Assembly: GCA_013239625.1 (NCBI GenBank)
Contig: MU053557.1
Span: 3,812,123 to 3,876,122, forward strand
DNA length: 64,000 nucleotides
Direction of reading: 5' to 3'
Source: Lama guanicoe
Taxonomy: Eukaryota
The position numbers and the translations under genes are program-made. The notes below the pieces were generated by a model. It worked only from the letters and a program-made list of their open reading frames with translations, made no database searches and was not told the origin of the DNA. Shown piece by piece: positions 12,296 to 27,482 of the stretch (positions within the stretch are counted from its first letter, which is position 1; every line of letters begins with the position of its first letter).

Positions 12296-14110
12296 AGACA
12301 AAGCAGACTTCAGAACAAGAAGTATTACCAGGGATAAACAGGAACATTACATAATGATAAAGGGGGCAATTACAGATGCATTTTTACCTAATAACAATCC
12401 TAGATGTATATTAATCTAATAACAGATCATGAAAATATGTTAAGCAAAAATCAATAGAACTCTAAGAATTTTTTAAATTAACAAATATAACTGGAGATGT
12501 TAACACTTCCCTGAGTAATTGACAGAACAAGTGGGCAGAAGATCTGAACACCACCACCAGATAAATCATCCTAGTTGACATTTATAGAGCACTTCACCCA
12601 ACAACAGCAGATTACATATTTTTTTTTTCAATTACACATATACACTAAGATAGACCATACCATGGGGCATAAAACTAATCTTAAAAAATTTAAAAGAAAT
12701 CACACAATGTATGTTCTCTGACCAAGAAAAAATTAAGTTAGAAGTCTACAATTGAAAAATATCTCAAAAAATCCACAATTCTTTGAAAGTTAAACAACAC
12801 ATGGTTTCTAAATAACTCATGGGTTACTGAGGAAGACTCAAGCAATTTTTAGTGGAATGAAAGATGAAAACATTCTATCAAAATTTATGGGTTGCACCAA
12901 AGTACTGCTTAGAGGGACATGCATAGCATTTAATGGTGTAAGTAAAGAAATATATCAATCAGCAGTCTAAGTTTCCCATTTAAATAAAAAGGAAACAAAA
13001 AGTAAATACAATCTAAAGCAAGAAGAATGAAGGTAATACCAAAAATCAGTGAAACTGAAAGGATAAAAACAATAGCTAAAATCAATGAAACCAAAAGTCA
13101 TTTCTTTTAAAATGGTTGCCCAAAAAGTGGGGATGTAGAGTAAAAATAACCAATATCAGAAATAGTAGAGGAAATTCACAGATACTGGTTGTATAATAAG
13201 AGAATATGATGAATGGAATCCATCCACATGAATTTAAGGGTCTAGATGAAACAGATCATGTTCTGAAAGTCACAAATTATCAAACCACTCAAGAAGAAAC
13301 AAATGACATGAATAGTCCTATCTAGTTAAAATTTTTTTCAATAAATATTTATTTCCAGGTCCAGATGGATCAACAATAAATGATTCAATGTAGATAAGCA
13401 AAAACAATGAATTTCAATCTGTAGCTTACACCATATTCAAATGTTAATTCAAAATGGATCCTAGAACTAAGATCTAAAACTAGAAAATTTTAGAAGATAT
13501 TTTGTGACCTTAGATTAGCCAAAAGTCCTTTAGATATGACACCAAAAGCATTATCCATAAAATAACTATTTGTAACATGGACTTCATCAAATTAAAATTT
13601 TTTTCCCAAAAACACTCATGAGAAAGAGAAGACAAATTAGAGAAAGTATATACAAAGACCGTATCGAATGAAAGAATGGAATTTAGCACAGATAACACTC
13701 CAAAACTTAATAAGAAGAAAACTAACAACCAAATATAAATGTGCAAAATATTTGAATAGACACATCAAAGCATATATATATATGGATGGTAAATAAGTCA
13801 TACAAAAATGAATATTTGCAAATCAAAGGGATGGATCTAAAAATTATTGTATGTGAAAGAAGCCTGTGAAAAGAAAAGTGCATCCCATATGATTCCACTT
13901 ATATCAATCAAAAAATTACAAACTAACTTACAGCCACAGAAACCGTATCAGTGGTAGAAGCTTTGGGGATGGTGGAGGATATGTTTATTATCTTGATGTT
14001 TGGTTTTTACGGGTGGACACAAATATCAAATTGTCAAACTGCACACTATCAATGTGTGTGGTTTATTACAGGTCAATTTTACCTCAATAAAACTTTGAAG
14101 AAAAAAATTA
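12295..14110 (+). mobile_element. Ancient L1 (endonuclease region to 3' end, internally deleted)
   Basis: aaagcagacttcagaacaaga...ataatgataaaggg start; 3' end ttttacctcaataaa followed by an A-rich tail. Confidence 0.8.
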
Positions 14111-14124
14111 AAAGACCCACCCTT

Positions 14125-15003
14125 CTCATCAAATCAAAACCGTAATGAGATATTACCTTACACCTGTTCAGCTTGTGATGATGGCTAGTATCTAAAAAGC
14201 AAATGATAACAAGTGTTGGTGAAAATATGGAGGAATGGGGACACTTGTACAGTGTTGGTGGGAATGTAAACTGGTAGAGCCATTATCCAAAAATATATTG
14301 AAGTTCCTCAAAAAACTAAATATAGAACTACCATATGGCCCATCAATCCCTCTTCTGAGTGTATCAAAGGAAATGAAATCAACACCTTGAAGGAAAATCA
14401 GTACCTGCCATATTCATCGCAACATTATTCACAATGGTCAAGACATGTAAACTCGGTGTCCACTGACAGATGAATGGATAAAGAAATTGTAACCACACAC
14501 ACACACACACACACACACAAATATACAATGGAATATTATTCAGCCTTAAAAAGAAGGAAACCCTGTCATTTGCAACTACATGAATGAACCTGGAAGACAT
14601 TATGCTAAATGAAATAAGCCAGACACAGAGAGACAGATACTGTATGATCCCACTTATATGTGGAATCTAAAAAAAGCAAATACACAGAAGCACAGAGTAG
14701 AAAGGTGGTTACCAGGGGTGGAGAGGTGGGGGAGATGGAAAGATGTTGGTCAAAGGGTACAGCATTGCAGTTATGCAGGATGAGTAAGACTAGAGACATA
14801 AGCACAGCATGGTGACTATAATTAATAATACAGCACTGAATACTGGAAACTTGCTAAAAGAATAGATTTCAGGTGCTCTCATTAAAAAATGCTAACTGTG
14901 CGCTAATTAGCTATGTTAATCAGCTTGACTATAGTAATCATTTTGCTATATATGTATATCAAATCATGTTGTACGCATTAAATACAATTTTAGTTATAAA
15001 AGA
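14125..15003 (+). mobile_element. L1MA-like 3' end with internal (CA)n at about 14494-14519
   Basis: aaatcaaaac...aatgagatattacc, gcaactacatgaatgaacctggaagacattatgctaa and an L1MA-type 3' UTR. Confidence 0.85.
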
Positions 15004-15062
15004 CCAACACCTCCATCTGTGCGTACTATCTCCTCCACTGTCTTCTCAAGAATGTTGTTTCA

Positions 15063-15581
15063 CAGCCTAAATGTCCATCAACAGATGACTGGATAAAGAA
15101 GATGTGGTATATTTATACAATGGAATACTATTCAGCCATAAAACCCGACAACATAATGCCATTTGCAGCAACATGGATGCTCCTGGAGAATGTCATTCTA
15201 AGTGAAGTAAGCCAGAGAGAGAAAGAAAAATACCATATGAGATCACTCATATGTGGAATCTAAAATAAAAACCAAACAAATAAACAAAACATAAATACAA
15301 AACAGAAACAGACTCATAGACATAGAATACAAACTTGTGGCTGCCAAGGGGGTGGGAGGTGGGAAGGGACAGACTGGGATTTCAAAATGTAGAATAGATA
15401 AATAAGATTATACTGTATAGCACAGGGAAATATATACGAGATCTTATGGTAGTTCACAGAGAAAAAAATGTGACAATGACTATATATATATATATGTTCA
15501 TGTATAACTGAAAAATTGTGCTCTACACTGGAATTTGACACATCATAAAATTATTATAAATCAATAAAAAATGTTTAAAAA
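15063..15581 (+). mobile_element. Young 5'-truncated L1
   Basis: ORF2 end, 3' UTR and A tail; perfect 15 bp TSD aagaatgttgtttca at 15048-15062 and 15582-15596. Confidence 0.93.
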
Positions 15582-15639
15582 AAGAATGTTGTTTCAGCAA
15601 TTATATCAATATACTGAATTCTCAATTTACTCTTTCTTC

Positions 15640-16710
15640 TGGACCTTTCCCAACAGTCTATATACTTCCTGTTATTTCTCCAATTAAAAAATGTATACAA
15701 AAAAGAAAATAAATAACTCCTGGATTCCACATCTTCCTTGACTTTTCTTCAGTAACTTCTTCCTATTAGACCAAAATTCTCTTAAAGAGTGGGCCACATA
15801 CATTGACTCCAGTTTATTCCCTTCTTTTTTCCCTAAAGTCTACTCTAATCAAGTTCCATCCATGACTATAGCAAAACTGTTATTATCAAGGCCAGAGATG
15901 CCTCTATTTTGCAAAAACCAATGGTCAATCCTTAATCCTCATTTCATGTCACATACCAACTGCATTTCATACAATTAAGCATTCCTTCCTCTATAAAATA
16001 TGTTTTATCCCCCATTAGGCTTCCAAGACAACATCCTCTTGGACTCTCCATCTCAGTCTCTTTGCAAATTCCTCTTCATCAGTTGACCACAAAACACTGG
16101 AGTGCTGCAATGCTTCAGCCTCTGAACTCTGGATTTTACCTCTACTTGTTTTCTTAGTGATCTCTATCCTCTATCCAGATTTCTCTCTCCAATCTATACT
16201 TCTTTCCTGAGATCTACATTCTTGTACACAACAGCCAACTCCTCGTTTTTATCTGAACATCTGATCTGAATGTCTAACTTACTCTGTCCCAAACTAAGCT
16301 CCTGCCATTCTTTCCCTCACTCGCACTGTTTCTTTCTCATTGCTCCCCAACTCATTAAATGGCAACTCCAGTTTTTCCAGTTGCTAAGCCAAAAACCTTA
16401 TAATCATCCTTGACTCCATTCTTCTTCTCACACCCAACATGTGATCCATCAGCAAATTCTTCTGGCTCTATCTTCGAATATACCCTAAAGCTAACCACTT
16501 TTCATCAGCTCCATTCTTAAGCCTCAGTGCAGCCACTGTCTTGTTTCACATCAGTTATTACTGTAATCTTTTAATGACCATCCTTGTTTCCACTCTTTCC
16601 GTCTGCATTCAACATTCAACATTATACACCAACACTACACATTCAGCCAGAATAATTCTGTCTAAATATAATTTTTATGCCATTTCCTTCAACGTAAATC
16701 TCTAATAACC
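15640..16710 (+). mobile_element. L2 fragment
   Basis: L2 motifs: aatggtcaatcc, aactaagctcctg, ccaaaaacctt...atccttgactcc, ccatcagcaaattct. Confidence 0.75.
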
Positions 16711-16719
16711 AGGCACCAG

Positions 16720-19560
16720 TTGCCAGTTCTTTGATAAAGGCCCCATACTGCTACCTGGGAATAACTCTGTGCTGTTCTTGATTCTGTCCTCTGGTCTGTT
16801 GGTCATTCCCTCTTAGTCACTTACCCCACACCCATCCCCTAGACACTCCCAACAAGAAATGGCCCATGCTTACAGCTGGGTACTTTTCTTAGCCTGCTTC
16901 CTGTCTATAGATGTCTTATATCAAATTTCACAAAACACGGCCTCTTCATTTTTTTTAATGTGTCTCTTTCAGTCTAGGCTTGTTTGATTTCTTCAAAAAT
17001 GTTTTGGGTTCTTTATGCATCATTCAGTATCACACTTTACTGGACAAAGGCACACTTCAAATCTATGTAAGAGAAGCCCTTCTCAACCTTTGGTCCCTGT
17101 GCGGTTACTGTCAGACAATGCCATGTAGGAGGCTCTGTTGTTTCAAGGAGAGTTGATGAGGTATATTCTTAAGATTCTTACAAGGCCTACTGACTAGTAC
17201 AAGGGGATTTTGAGGGATCATCTGAAAACTATCTGAGGTTGAAGAGGGTTTGTCAGTGTCAGGTTTGGATATATCTTGAGACATTTTATTGGCAGCAACC
17301 AGGCTTTAATTTTTACCCTGAGTCTCTTTTCTGATCTGAGAGACTGAGGATGAGAGACAATTATGGTTTCAAATCCAGAAAGTCCTAGGTCTTTTGTATT
17401 CCCTCTAGATTCTACTTGAAAACTGAAACATTCCATCTTTGGCTCAGCTCTCTCTTTCCTATACCTTATGATGAAATTGGTTGATATTTTTAGCATTTAA
17501 CCTGGAAACTTCCTGAGCAAGATCTGTCAGTCCATTAGATGATCTTTTCCCTATTTTCCATGTTATTCCAGCCCTCAGTTTTGCTAAACTTTTCAGCACT
17601 AAGTTTTTTAAAAAGCCTCCTTTCCGACAACTTCTTGTACCATTTTTATCATTTTTATTTAAGTCCTCTCTAACAGCCTCTCTGAGGCTCATCAGCCTTC
17701 TGTTAATAGTTTCTTCTAGGCCCTTCTAGCTTCTGCCTGCCACCTAGTCCCAAAGCCAGCACCGTATGTTTAGAAGTTTATTTCCAAACACAGCCTCCAG
17801 ATACCAAATTTGGTTATACTTATTAGTGCTGTATTATAAACCAGCATTAAATGAATGATATAAAATAACCATTTTTGTTGGGAAAATTAGACAGCTGCAT
17901 GTAAAGCAATGAAGCTAGAACACTCCTTACACCATACACAAAAATAAAGGTCAAAATGGATCAAAGACTTAAACATAAGACAAGATACAATAAATCTCCT
18001 AGAAGAAAACACAGGCAAAACATTATCTCACATACATCTCAAAAATGTTCTAGGACAGTCTACTCAAGCAATAGAAATAAAAGCAAGAATAAACAAATGG
18101 GACCTAATTAAATTTACAAGCTTTTGCACAGCAAAGGAAACCATAGCAAAACAATCACCTACAGACTGGGAGAAAATTTTTGCAAAACATGAAACTGACA
18201 AAGGCTTGATCTCCAGAATCTATAAGCAGCTCATACGACTTAATAAGAAACAACCAAACAACCCAATCCAAAAATGCACACAAGACCTAAACAAGCAATT
18301 CTCCAAGGAACACATACAAATCATCAATAGGCACATGAAAAATGCTCAATATCACTAATGATCAGAGAAATGCAAATCAAAACTATAATGCGGTATCACC
18401 TCACACCAGTCAGAATGGCCATCATTCAAAAGTTCACAAATGACAAATGCTGGAGAGGCTGTGGAGAAAAGGGAACCCTCCTACACTGCTGGTGGGAATG
18501 CAGTTTGGTGCAGCCACTGTGGAAAACAGTATGGAGATTCCTCAAAAGACTAGGAATAGACTTACCATATGACCCAGGAATCCTGCTCTTGGGCATATAT
18601 CCAGAAGGAACTCTAATTCGAAAAGATACATGCACCTCAATGTACACAGCAGCACTATTTACAATAGCCAAGCCATGAAAACAGCCTAAATGTCCATCAA
18701 CAGATGATTGGATAAAGAAGAGGTGGTATATGTATACAATGGAATACTGTTCAGCCATAAAATGACAACATAATGCCATTTGCAGCAACATGAATGTCCC
18801 TGAGAATGTCATTCTAGGTGAAGTAAACCAGAAAGAGAAAGAAAAATACCATATGAGATCGTTCATATGTGGTATCTAAAAAAAAAGAAAGGAAAAGAAA
18901 AAGACGAACATAAATACAAAACAGAAACAGATTCATAGACATAGAATACAAACTTGTGGTTGCCAGGGGGAAGGTGGGTAGGAAGGGATAGACTGGGAGT
19001 TCAAAATTTGTAGATACTGATAGGTATGTATAGAATAGATAAACAAGTTCATACTGTATAGCACACAGAAATATATACAAGATCTTGTGGTAGCTCACAG
19101 TGAAAAGAATGAGACAATGAATATATGTATGTTCATATATAATTGAAAAATTGTGCTCTACACTGAAATTGACAGAACATTGTAAACTGACTATAACTCA
19201 ATAAAGAAAAAAAGAAAAGAAAAACAACCATTTTATTGTATTCATGGATTCTACTGGGGCAAGAAACAGGCAATACAGTGTGTCTCTGGTCCATAATGTG
19301 AAACCTCCATTCCAGAAGACTCAGTTGGTTGAGATGACTTGAATGGCTGGGAAGTAAAATCATCTGAAGGTTCTGATATCTGGCCAGGAAGACTTAAAGG
19401 CTGAGTTCAGTTGGGACTCTTGATGGGAACACTTATGTAGGACAGTTTCATGTAACCTGGGCTTCTCACAGCATGGTAGCTACCTTCCAAAAAGGTACAC
19501 ACCAAGAAGCTCCTCCATTATACACTGAGTATGGGGAAGGTGATGAGGGCTGATAGCATG
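16720..19560 (-). mobile_element. MaLR (MLT1-like) LTR plus internal sequence, interrupted by a young L1
   Basis: On the minus strand the LTR end is followed by aaatttggtatc, resembling a MaLR internal start, near 17800; the LTR resumes after 19234. Confidence 0.55.
17876..19220 (+). mobile_element. Young 5'-truncated L1
   Basis: ORF 18358..18678 is the ORF2 C-terminus (REMQIKT...CWRGC...HCWWEC); TSD aaaa(t/c)aaccatttt at 17862-17875 and 19221-19234. Confidence 0.95.
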
Positions 19561-19719
19561 CCTTATAGTGTGTAGGTCTCCATAAAGAGCTACTTTCAGT
19601 AATCCTAAGCTTTTTGCTAGTTGAAATGACTGGATAGCACAAACGATTGTCTTCTTGGAGGAGTGGAGTATGTCCTAAGTGTGGGGAAAAGGATATGCAT
19701 AATTAGCTGGTAGTCACAG

Positions 19720-20160
19720 GGGCTAATTGTCTACAAAATTCATACACTTCTGTGAGAATACAGAATCACTGCTGGGAAATAGAAGTCCAACAAAGGAACT
19801 GATTTTTCTACCTCTCATTGTATGTAAGTGTGATCATGTGACTAGTTCTCAGCAATGATAAGTGTGCTGTGTTTCACTTTTAAACTAAATTGGTAAAAAA
19901 AAAAAAATAATCATGCATGACCCCTTTACAATATTTTTCTTCTTCCCATCACCTTGACACATGTAAGCATGGCAAATTGGAGCAATGTGTTGAAGCCAGA
20001 AATGAAAGGAAACTGAGTGTTTTCATCACAGCTTGGAAAAAAGCTGCCTGTAAATCAGATAGTCATCTGGACTTCACAGAATTGAAAAAGACTTCCTCTT
20101 GTGTAAGTTATTATGCATAGAGGTAAATTGTTTTATCACTTGGGATTATTCTACATAAAA
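19720..20160 (+). mobile_element. MLT1-like solo LTR
   Basis: catgtgactagttct motif and a typical MLT1 3' end; degenerate. Confidence 0.5.
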
Positions 20161-22299
20161 CAATCTGTAATAAAAAGTATGATGCAAAATTTACCTGCAT
20201 CAAGGGTATGGTAATAAGGGAGTCATTGGGTCATACTATCTGACAGATACAAGATTGTTTTTCATATACTCAGGCAACAAGACCAAGTCACACATACTGA
20301 CTTCTATATGCAACATAATTGCATAAAATAAATGTAGTTTCTGTAAATAGAATCATACAAGCACTGATGTATGCATTGATTCCACCCAACATTTTTAGTT
20401 CCTACTACTTTTTTCTAGTTGTTATGAAGGATACTGGCATATATCAAATAAATCTTTACCGTCAAAGGCTATAGAGTATTTTAAGTCATAATAAGTAACA
20501 TCTATCAGATAGCTATATATACTCATAATATAACATGCTGTAAGACATAAACAGTAAAATCTATGTTTAATTATAAATCAGAAGAGGGATTGATTCCTTC
20601 TTGGACAACTGTGGAAAACACTTTAGAATAGGCTTTATTTTATCTTGTTCAGGCAAACTAAATCAGATTCTGATAGGCAGCGGTATCAACAATTGTTTCA
20701 GAGAAAATATTAATGGGCAAAAGGAAGAGAAAAATGTAGATTACTCAGGATTTTAGTGGTTTGATCCTCTGATGTTTAGAAAGGAAATCAGGAGATGAAA
20801 TTGAGACAGGAGGTATGCCAGATCACAGAGGAACCCTGAATTTCAAGCTAAAGCTCTTTAACTTTACTGGCTAAGCTTTTTAAGCAATGGGGAGGCACTC
20901 CTACCTAGTTCCTGTTTCCCTGGGGTAACTTGTCTGGACCAGAGTTGACAGACCTGGGAGAGAATTTGTTCAGCAGAATTAACAACATTGTTGAACTTAG
21001 AATAAAAGTTCTTGCAGAGGCTTTTCTCTAGGGTTTCGGGCAAACCTAATAATAACTTGTTTGAACTAAATTACTTGACCTGGGAAATACTGCTTCCTTG
21101 TGATTTAAAAGGCTTTGGCAAACTTTCTCCCCATCTTGTAGAGTATGTTAGCAAGCATTTAAGAGGCTTCCCCTGAGGGTTATAATTAAACTTCAAAGGG
21201 AACAGGCAAAGCCAGATGTTGAGATGGGCTGAAACTATTTCCCTTTTCCCATTGTTACCAATATGCAATTCACCCTAGCTTGTTTTTCATCACATTTTCC
21301 CGAGGGTGAATAAATGTTTCGATTTAGGACGGTAGGGAAAATCAGTATGCCAGCAAGAAATTTTACTGCTGTGTGATTCAGAGCTAGCTGAATCACCTTG
21401 GGCCACTGTGCATGCTGCAAACAGGAACTTTTGGGTCCTGGCCTATATTCAGTCTCCTTTTCAACATCCTTACCAGGTATCCTATGCTTTGCCTTACTGA
21501 ACTACTTGGTGTTCAGAGTCAGTAGTTTTCACGGACTCATGTCTATTCTCATAGATTTCAGCTCAGTTTTATTTTTTCCTGTGTACCCTCCTCCTCTTCT
21601 TTAGCACCCCACCTCCACTTCCAACCAGTCTTATTTTGCTACAGAACTCTTATTTATCCTTCAAGACCCACATTTGTGCGAATTTTTTTTATAAGACTGT
21701 CTCTGATGATATGATCATTAGAAAAGATGTATGGCATGAGATGATACTATCTTAAAAAATTAATTGGGCCTTTATGCATTCACAGCACTTTGAAAAAATC
21801 TGTTTTCTAGAATGTTACTACATTATATTTGAATTTTATTGTCTATATCTGATTGTTAAACTGTGAGCTCCTTGAATATAAGGATAACACAATGTCATAA
21901 GTGCCATGTTCAACACATGTGCAAATTGCTATGAGAAGATAGAGGAGGCAAAGCCGAAAAAACCTATAGAAACCACGTAAAAGCCCCACTGTTCAAAGAG
22001 TGGTACAGAAAATTAGGAGGCAGTTTAGATAAGATAACCAAAAGATTAATAAGTTAAAAAATGTAAAGAAAAGTGAAAACAGTATTTTCACATTTTTCAC
22101 TTGAAAAGTATCAGTAGAACTTAGAATAATAAGATAAACCCGTCTTGTGTTCAAGATGGTTATAATATCACATTGTAGATAAAGCTACCAAACAAAAATT
22201 AATCAGTACATAATGCAGCACAGCGATTCAGTACCAATCTCTTTAGAAGAGATTTATAAACGTTCTAAGAAGAGAAAGATAAATGACCCCAGATGCAGA

Positions 22300-24340
22300 C
22301 TTCAGCCCTATTACCTTGAACACTTTTATTGATAAATTTGATGAAATCACTGAAGGTGGGATTCTGTGTCAGGAGTCAAAAAGATCTCTACATAATGGGA
22401 GTGATGACTGTCCAAAATGAACAAGATGAAATGCTCTCTATACAAGTCAAGAAAATGAATCCCAAAAGGAGAAGATGACAGAGACAGGACTTCATATTTA
22501 AAGCGTGCTTTCTATATGTTCCTTTAAGTCAGTTATAAAATTACCAACTGGGACAATATTCTATTCTTCTGGTTATGTTAATTCATCCATCATCACCTTT
22601 TTGCTCAGTTTTTCAACCAATTACAGAACTCTACTTATATGTCTTTAACCTTTCACATTACAGTATGAGAGATTTATCAAATGCCTTGCTGATGTTCAGT
22701 CCATTATGCCTACCATATACCTTAGCTCTACCAGTCTAGTTACCATGTCAAAGAAGAGAACAAAATTACTCTGACTCATTTTTTTTTTGACACCTAAGGA
22801 TAATGGCATCCTTTCATAATGTTCCTAAACCTATACTGTAATAATCTCTTCTTGACTCTTACCCAAATTAATGCCAAGGTGTAACACTTTAAATTTCAAA
22901 ATAAGAGATTTGAGGAGGCTTAATATAAAAACACATATACAAAATTCAACCATAAGAAATGAATTAAAGAGAGAACTGCCATTCAACCATGTGCAAATCG
23001 CAAAATCTGACTCCCAGTGATACAATTAGCAATGTGCTATTCCTTCTGTCTCATCAGGAAGCAGGGACATAGGCGTTTATAAGTGAGATTACAGTCCTGT
23101 TGAAATGTATCTACAGGAAATCAAAGAAATGAAAGGAATGGTAGAAAATTAGACATGAGAAAATACCTACATTTTTAAAACAAGGAAGAAGATAAATTTT
23201 GTAAACAGTTGGCTAGAATAATAACCACTGACCTCTGGTGAATATATAATGCAAATTATTTTATCAAATCATATTTGTTTTTGAGTAAGTATGAAATAAA
23301 ATCCTCCAGTTTGGAAGATAAAAGATTAATTAGATATACATTCTGTTCACAAGGAACATCCAGACAAATAGATGAGATGTCAGATGGCCATAATTTTACA
23401 AAGTAGAACATAAGAAAAGCATAAGATACATGTCATGAGAATCATGAAGAATAAGTATTTTTAGTGTCAAAGGGCAAGATTCTCAAACTCAAATGCCTTC
23501 TCAGGTCAGCAACAAATTAAGGACACATTCAAATGAGACAGTTACCATTAAACTTTAGCTGACTTTTTGACACAGCAACGAAGGGTCCAAATATTTTTTT
23601 CACACTTGTGTTTTATTTTTATTTCTTGTTAAATATTCAAACTATAAAAGTCATGGACTATTTTTTTTTAAATTTAAAAACATTGTGTGAGTCAAAAAAA
23701 AAAACATTTATCAACAAGCCACAACTGATCTTCATGCTACCAATTCAGGATAAACTCCTTAGAGTATTAAGAAATGTTCTGTGAAGAGTACAGTAATTTT
23801 GACTTCTCACTGTATGATATGTAGAATTTAGACATGTAGTGATTCAAGAAAAGAATATCCCAGGCAAAGGCAACACCATGAGTTAAGACAGGAAAACAGC
23901 AATGTAATGGAAGTAAATGAGAAACTACGGGGAGCTAATTTTGGAAGAGGTGGTACAGTCTATGAGGAGGAGAAGCAGGACATATGATAATATGAGCATT
24001 ACGGGGAAAAGGTGAGGATGATCAGCAGCCTACATAGATTCTTTAAAAGCAAGTTATGCCAAATATACCTTATCGTATTTCATAAGGCTGAGAGCTTGGC
24101 AGCACGCCAGATAAAATGTGAACACTGATTTCTGTAGAGTAACTTTGGTAATAAGTTGGTGAAATCTCTTCAAACCTATTCTGTTTAATACTTTTTCAAT
24201 GATACTGATGATGATCAGGAAGACAGTTACTAGATTTACAGTTGGCACAAAGTTGGGAGGGATCACTAATGTGATGACACACTCAAGCCTGAACAATTTT
24301 GAGGGACTAAATGCAAGATTTCAACAAAACACCAAAAAAT
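22300..24340. mobile_element. Scattered CR1/L3 fragments in both orientations
   Basis: Motifs such as ttatcaaatgccttgctga, cacaaagttgggagggat and gaacaagatgaaat; low identity. Confidence 0.4.
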
Positions 24341-26399
24341 GTTTCTGAGCCAAGAAAGTAAGAGAAATATGCGATGCATGAAAATAACCCAGAAAGCCAT
24401 CTCACTGGGAATAGGGAGACTCAGAAAGTTTAATTAACATCACTTAAGTCATAGAGTTTGTGGAATGCACACTCCATGTCTACCTAGAGTCAAAGTCTAT
24501 GGTCTTTCTTATCCATCACAGAACCACCAAGTATAAAAGTACTATGTCTATGAACTTTAGATTATATTTTATATTAAGTGAAAGACTAAAGTAAATGTTC
24601 TTGAAGGTCACAATTAATTTAAAAGTTTATGTTCTGTTATTTTCTGGCAAAACGTTAATAAAGGTTGGACCTAATCTCCTGAGTAGAGTGGGTCCAATTT
24701 TTATATAAGCTAAGGTTTATATGTGACAAAAAGGGAATTTCTTAATTGCTCTTTTCTTCATTTCATAGTAATAGCAGAAAATACTTGTCTCAACAAGGAT
24801 ATTTCAATCTCAGTCACTTAACAAACATCTTCTGAGTGCTTATTAATTGCTAAGAATGTCTGAAAGTCCTGTGGAGACCACACAATTTCTCCCATTAAGG
24901 ACTCACATTTTACCCAGTGGGTGTGTCTCTGGTTCAACCTTCTCATTGGTTCTCCTCACTCCTTCCTTTCCCCAAAGATGGCATCTGAATCCAGAAGGAA
25001 GTTTCATAACATCTGCAGAACAGTGTCTCATCTGCACTAGCTTCTGGTGAAGAGATTCTTATCAGTTGGTTCTTGGATATCGACTTCTATCCCCCCATGA
25101 ACTGCTGCAATGTTACATGGCTCCCATGGACACTGTATTCTGTGCATGTGTCTTCACTCCCTCCGACCCCCTTATTATCCATCTGATATTGAGAAACATT
25201 GTGGCAAGGAAAATTTATATTAACAAATAAAACCTTAAAAAATAAAACACAAATACGTATATCTCCCTGGACACAGACCTAAGCATTCTAAAAGCAGTAA
25301 AGCTACACCTGAATAGGTGTGGCGATATTATAAAACCAGCAGCAGAAATTATAGAATCAAAATCACCCTTAAAATTCTTTAAATAAGTGCCTATGATTTT
25401 GTGTGTATTACCCTGAATGGTAATATTTGTGGGTTAATGTATCATCTTTATATAATAAACTTTCCACGTGAAAATATAATTTTAGTGTTTTTGGTTTTAA
25501 TTACATAAAAGAAAACATGCAGTTAATTTTTGGAAGTCAACTGTATATATATTGGGACTGCATTCTACTATGTCTGTATAAAAGCCATGACTTTTACTGC
25601 CTTCTCCTGTATCTCCTTTTATTTTTTTGTGCGTGACTCAGCTCATTGAAACTTACCCTTAAATTATTCCCTATTTTCCTTTCAGAATACTACAGAGAAC
25701 AAAAATCAAACTTCTCTCATGTACTTACTCTGTAGCCAAAAAACTAGAATTAGACACAGCATCTTTAGTGTTTGTGAATAATTGGCTGTAACTTCTCTGT
25801 AACCTTTTATTACCTCAGCTTCTTATTTAAGGAGCTAATGAAGTGATCCCCAGAGAATATTTATCTTTTTCTTTAAGTTATATACAAAGAAAATAATTAT
25901 TTCACATGGGCTCAAAACCTAACAAAAATTATTGTTCAGGGTGCTGGATATATCTATATATCTATATCTATATGTATGTATGTGTGTGTATATATATATA
26001 TACACCTATATGCACACATTTACAATATTCACTTCCTAACACCTGCCCAGAGCCACAACTTATTTTGTACTTTCATACTCCCAAGCTCTGTTGTGATGAG
26101 CTGGATTATGTTGAAGATACAGAACTGAAAACATTCAGAAAAAGAGGGTACATTCACTCTACCTGAAAATCATTTTACGAAAAACAGCCGTTTAAGAAAA
26201 GCTCTTGAAGGATGGGGGAGGTAGGGAAGGAGAAAGTGGAAAGTGAAGAGAGAGTACTATTTAGGTAAACAGGGATGTTGAGGGTTTAGAGCAAGATATG
26301 GAAGCAACTACCGTAAATGAAATTTGGGGGAGAGACGTTTAAACAGGTATCTTAGAAAGGCCACCATGGATTTTATGGTGGACTATCACTGACTACCAC

Positions 26400-27482
26400 T
26401 GTTACGTTGTTTTTCGTTATTTGTTAATGCTTTTGAACTGTGTTCATTTTGAAACCTGAGGGTCTACTGAGACTGCCCCTATATGTTCTGATCACAAAGG
26501 AGAAGAAGGGAAAGGAGAAGGCAGAAGTGCTGGGGCTTGAAGTACTGAGAGTGGAACCCGGGCAAGGGAGGGAAGAAGCAGCACATGGAGAACCAAGCCT
26601 TTGTAACGTTTCAAAGTCCCTAAGCGCTGCTCTTTATATTACCTCTTTTAATGAGGCCAAAATAATGAAAGATCATGACATGTAGAGAAAATTGTTGTTT
26701 GAAAATTTCATAGCTATCCTTGAGCAATTTCCCCATTATTCTGTTTTTCTAAATATTCTCAGACTCCTCCCCTGATGAAGTGTTCAAGAAAAATTTAAGC
26801 ACAGGTTTTTAAGGTTGTTCATTAGTATCTTTGAAGCTTTTTCAGTCTTAGGCCTGCCCTATCACTTTCTGTATAGGACTTTAAGATCATGCATTTGTGA
26901 ATGTGTGTACGTTACGTGCGTGACATCACACCACCTTAGAATAAGAAGACTTTTAATACCTGTGAAACTGAAGGTAATCATCAATCTGATCCACTAAACC
27001 TGGAACCTGCCTTCAACCAAGCTCACTTTAATTGTTGCTACAAAACACTTGCATGTCCTCCAAGGGTCACAAAGCTTAATAAGATATTTGCCCCAATTGT
27101 TTTATCCAGTTTGAGTTTGAGCTGGTTAAGACCAGTTAAGACCATGAACCCTCCAACTGGGCCTGTGGGAGTGTCGGATCAGTGACCTTTTGACCATCAG
27201 AGGCATAAAACTCCACCTCAGAACATACTAATGCCACCATTTTCTGAACATGAGTCCCATGAAGAAGCCTGTAGCTTAGCTGCACCTTTTTCTTATCTCC
27301 AGTCACCTTTCTCCACGCTCCCCATGCCTCAGCTTTATCCCACAAACATGCCAGGTCCCTCACCTTTGGGGAGGTGGATCTGAGATTTGTTCTCCCATCT
27401 TCTAGTTGGATGCCTCATGAATAAACCCTTTCTCTGTTGCAAACCTCAGCATCCCAGCGTTTGGCTTGCTGGTTTGGTAACA
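26400..27482 (+). mobile_element. ERV1-like solo LTR upstream of SPINK6
   Basis: TGTTA...GGTAACA termini; AATAAA at 27420 followed by U5-like cccttttctctgttgcaaacc; no TSD recognised, so the left boundary is uncertain. Confidence 0.65.
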
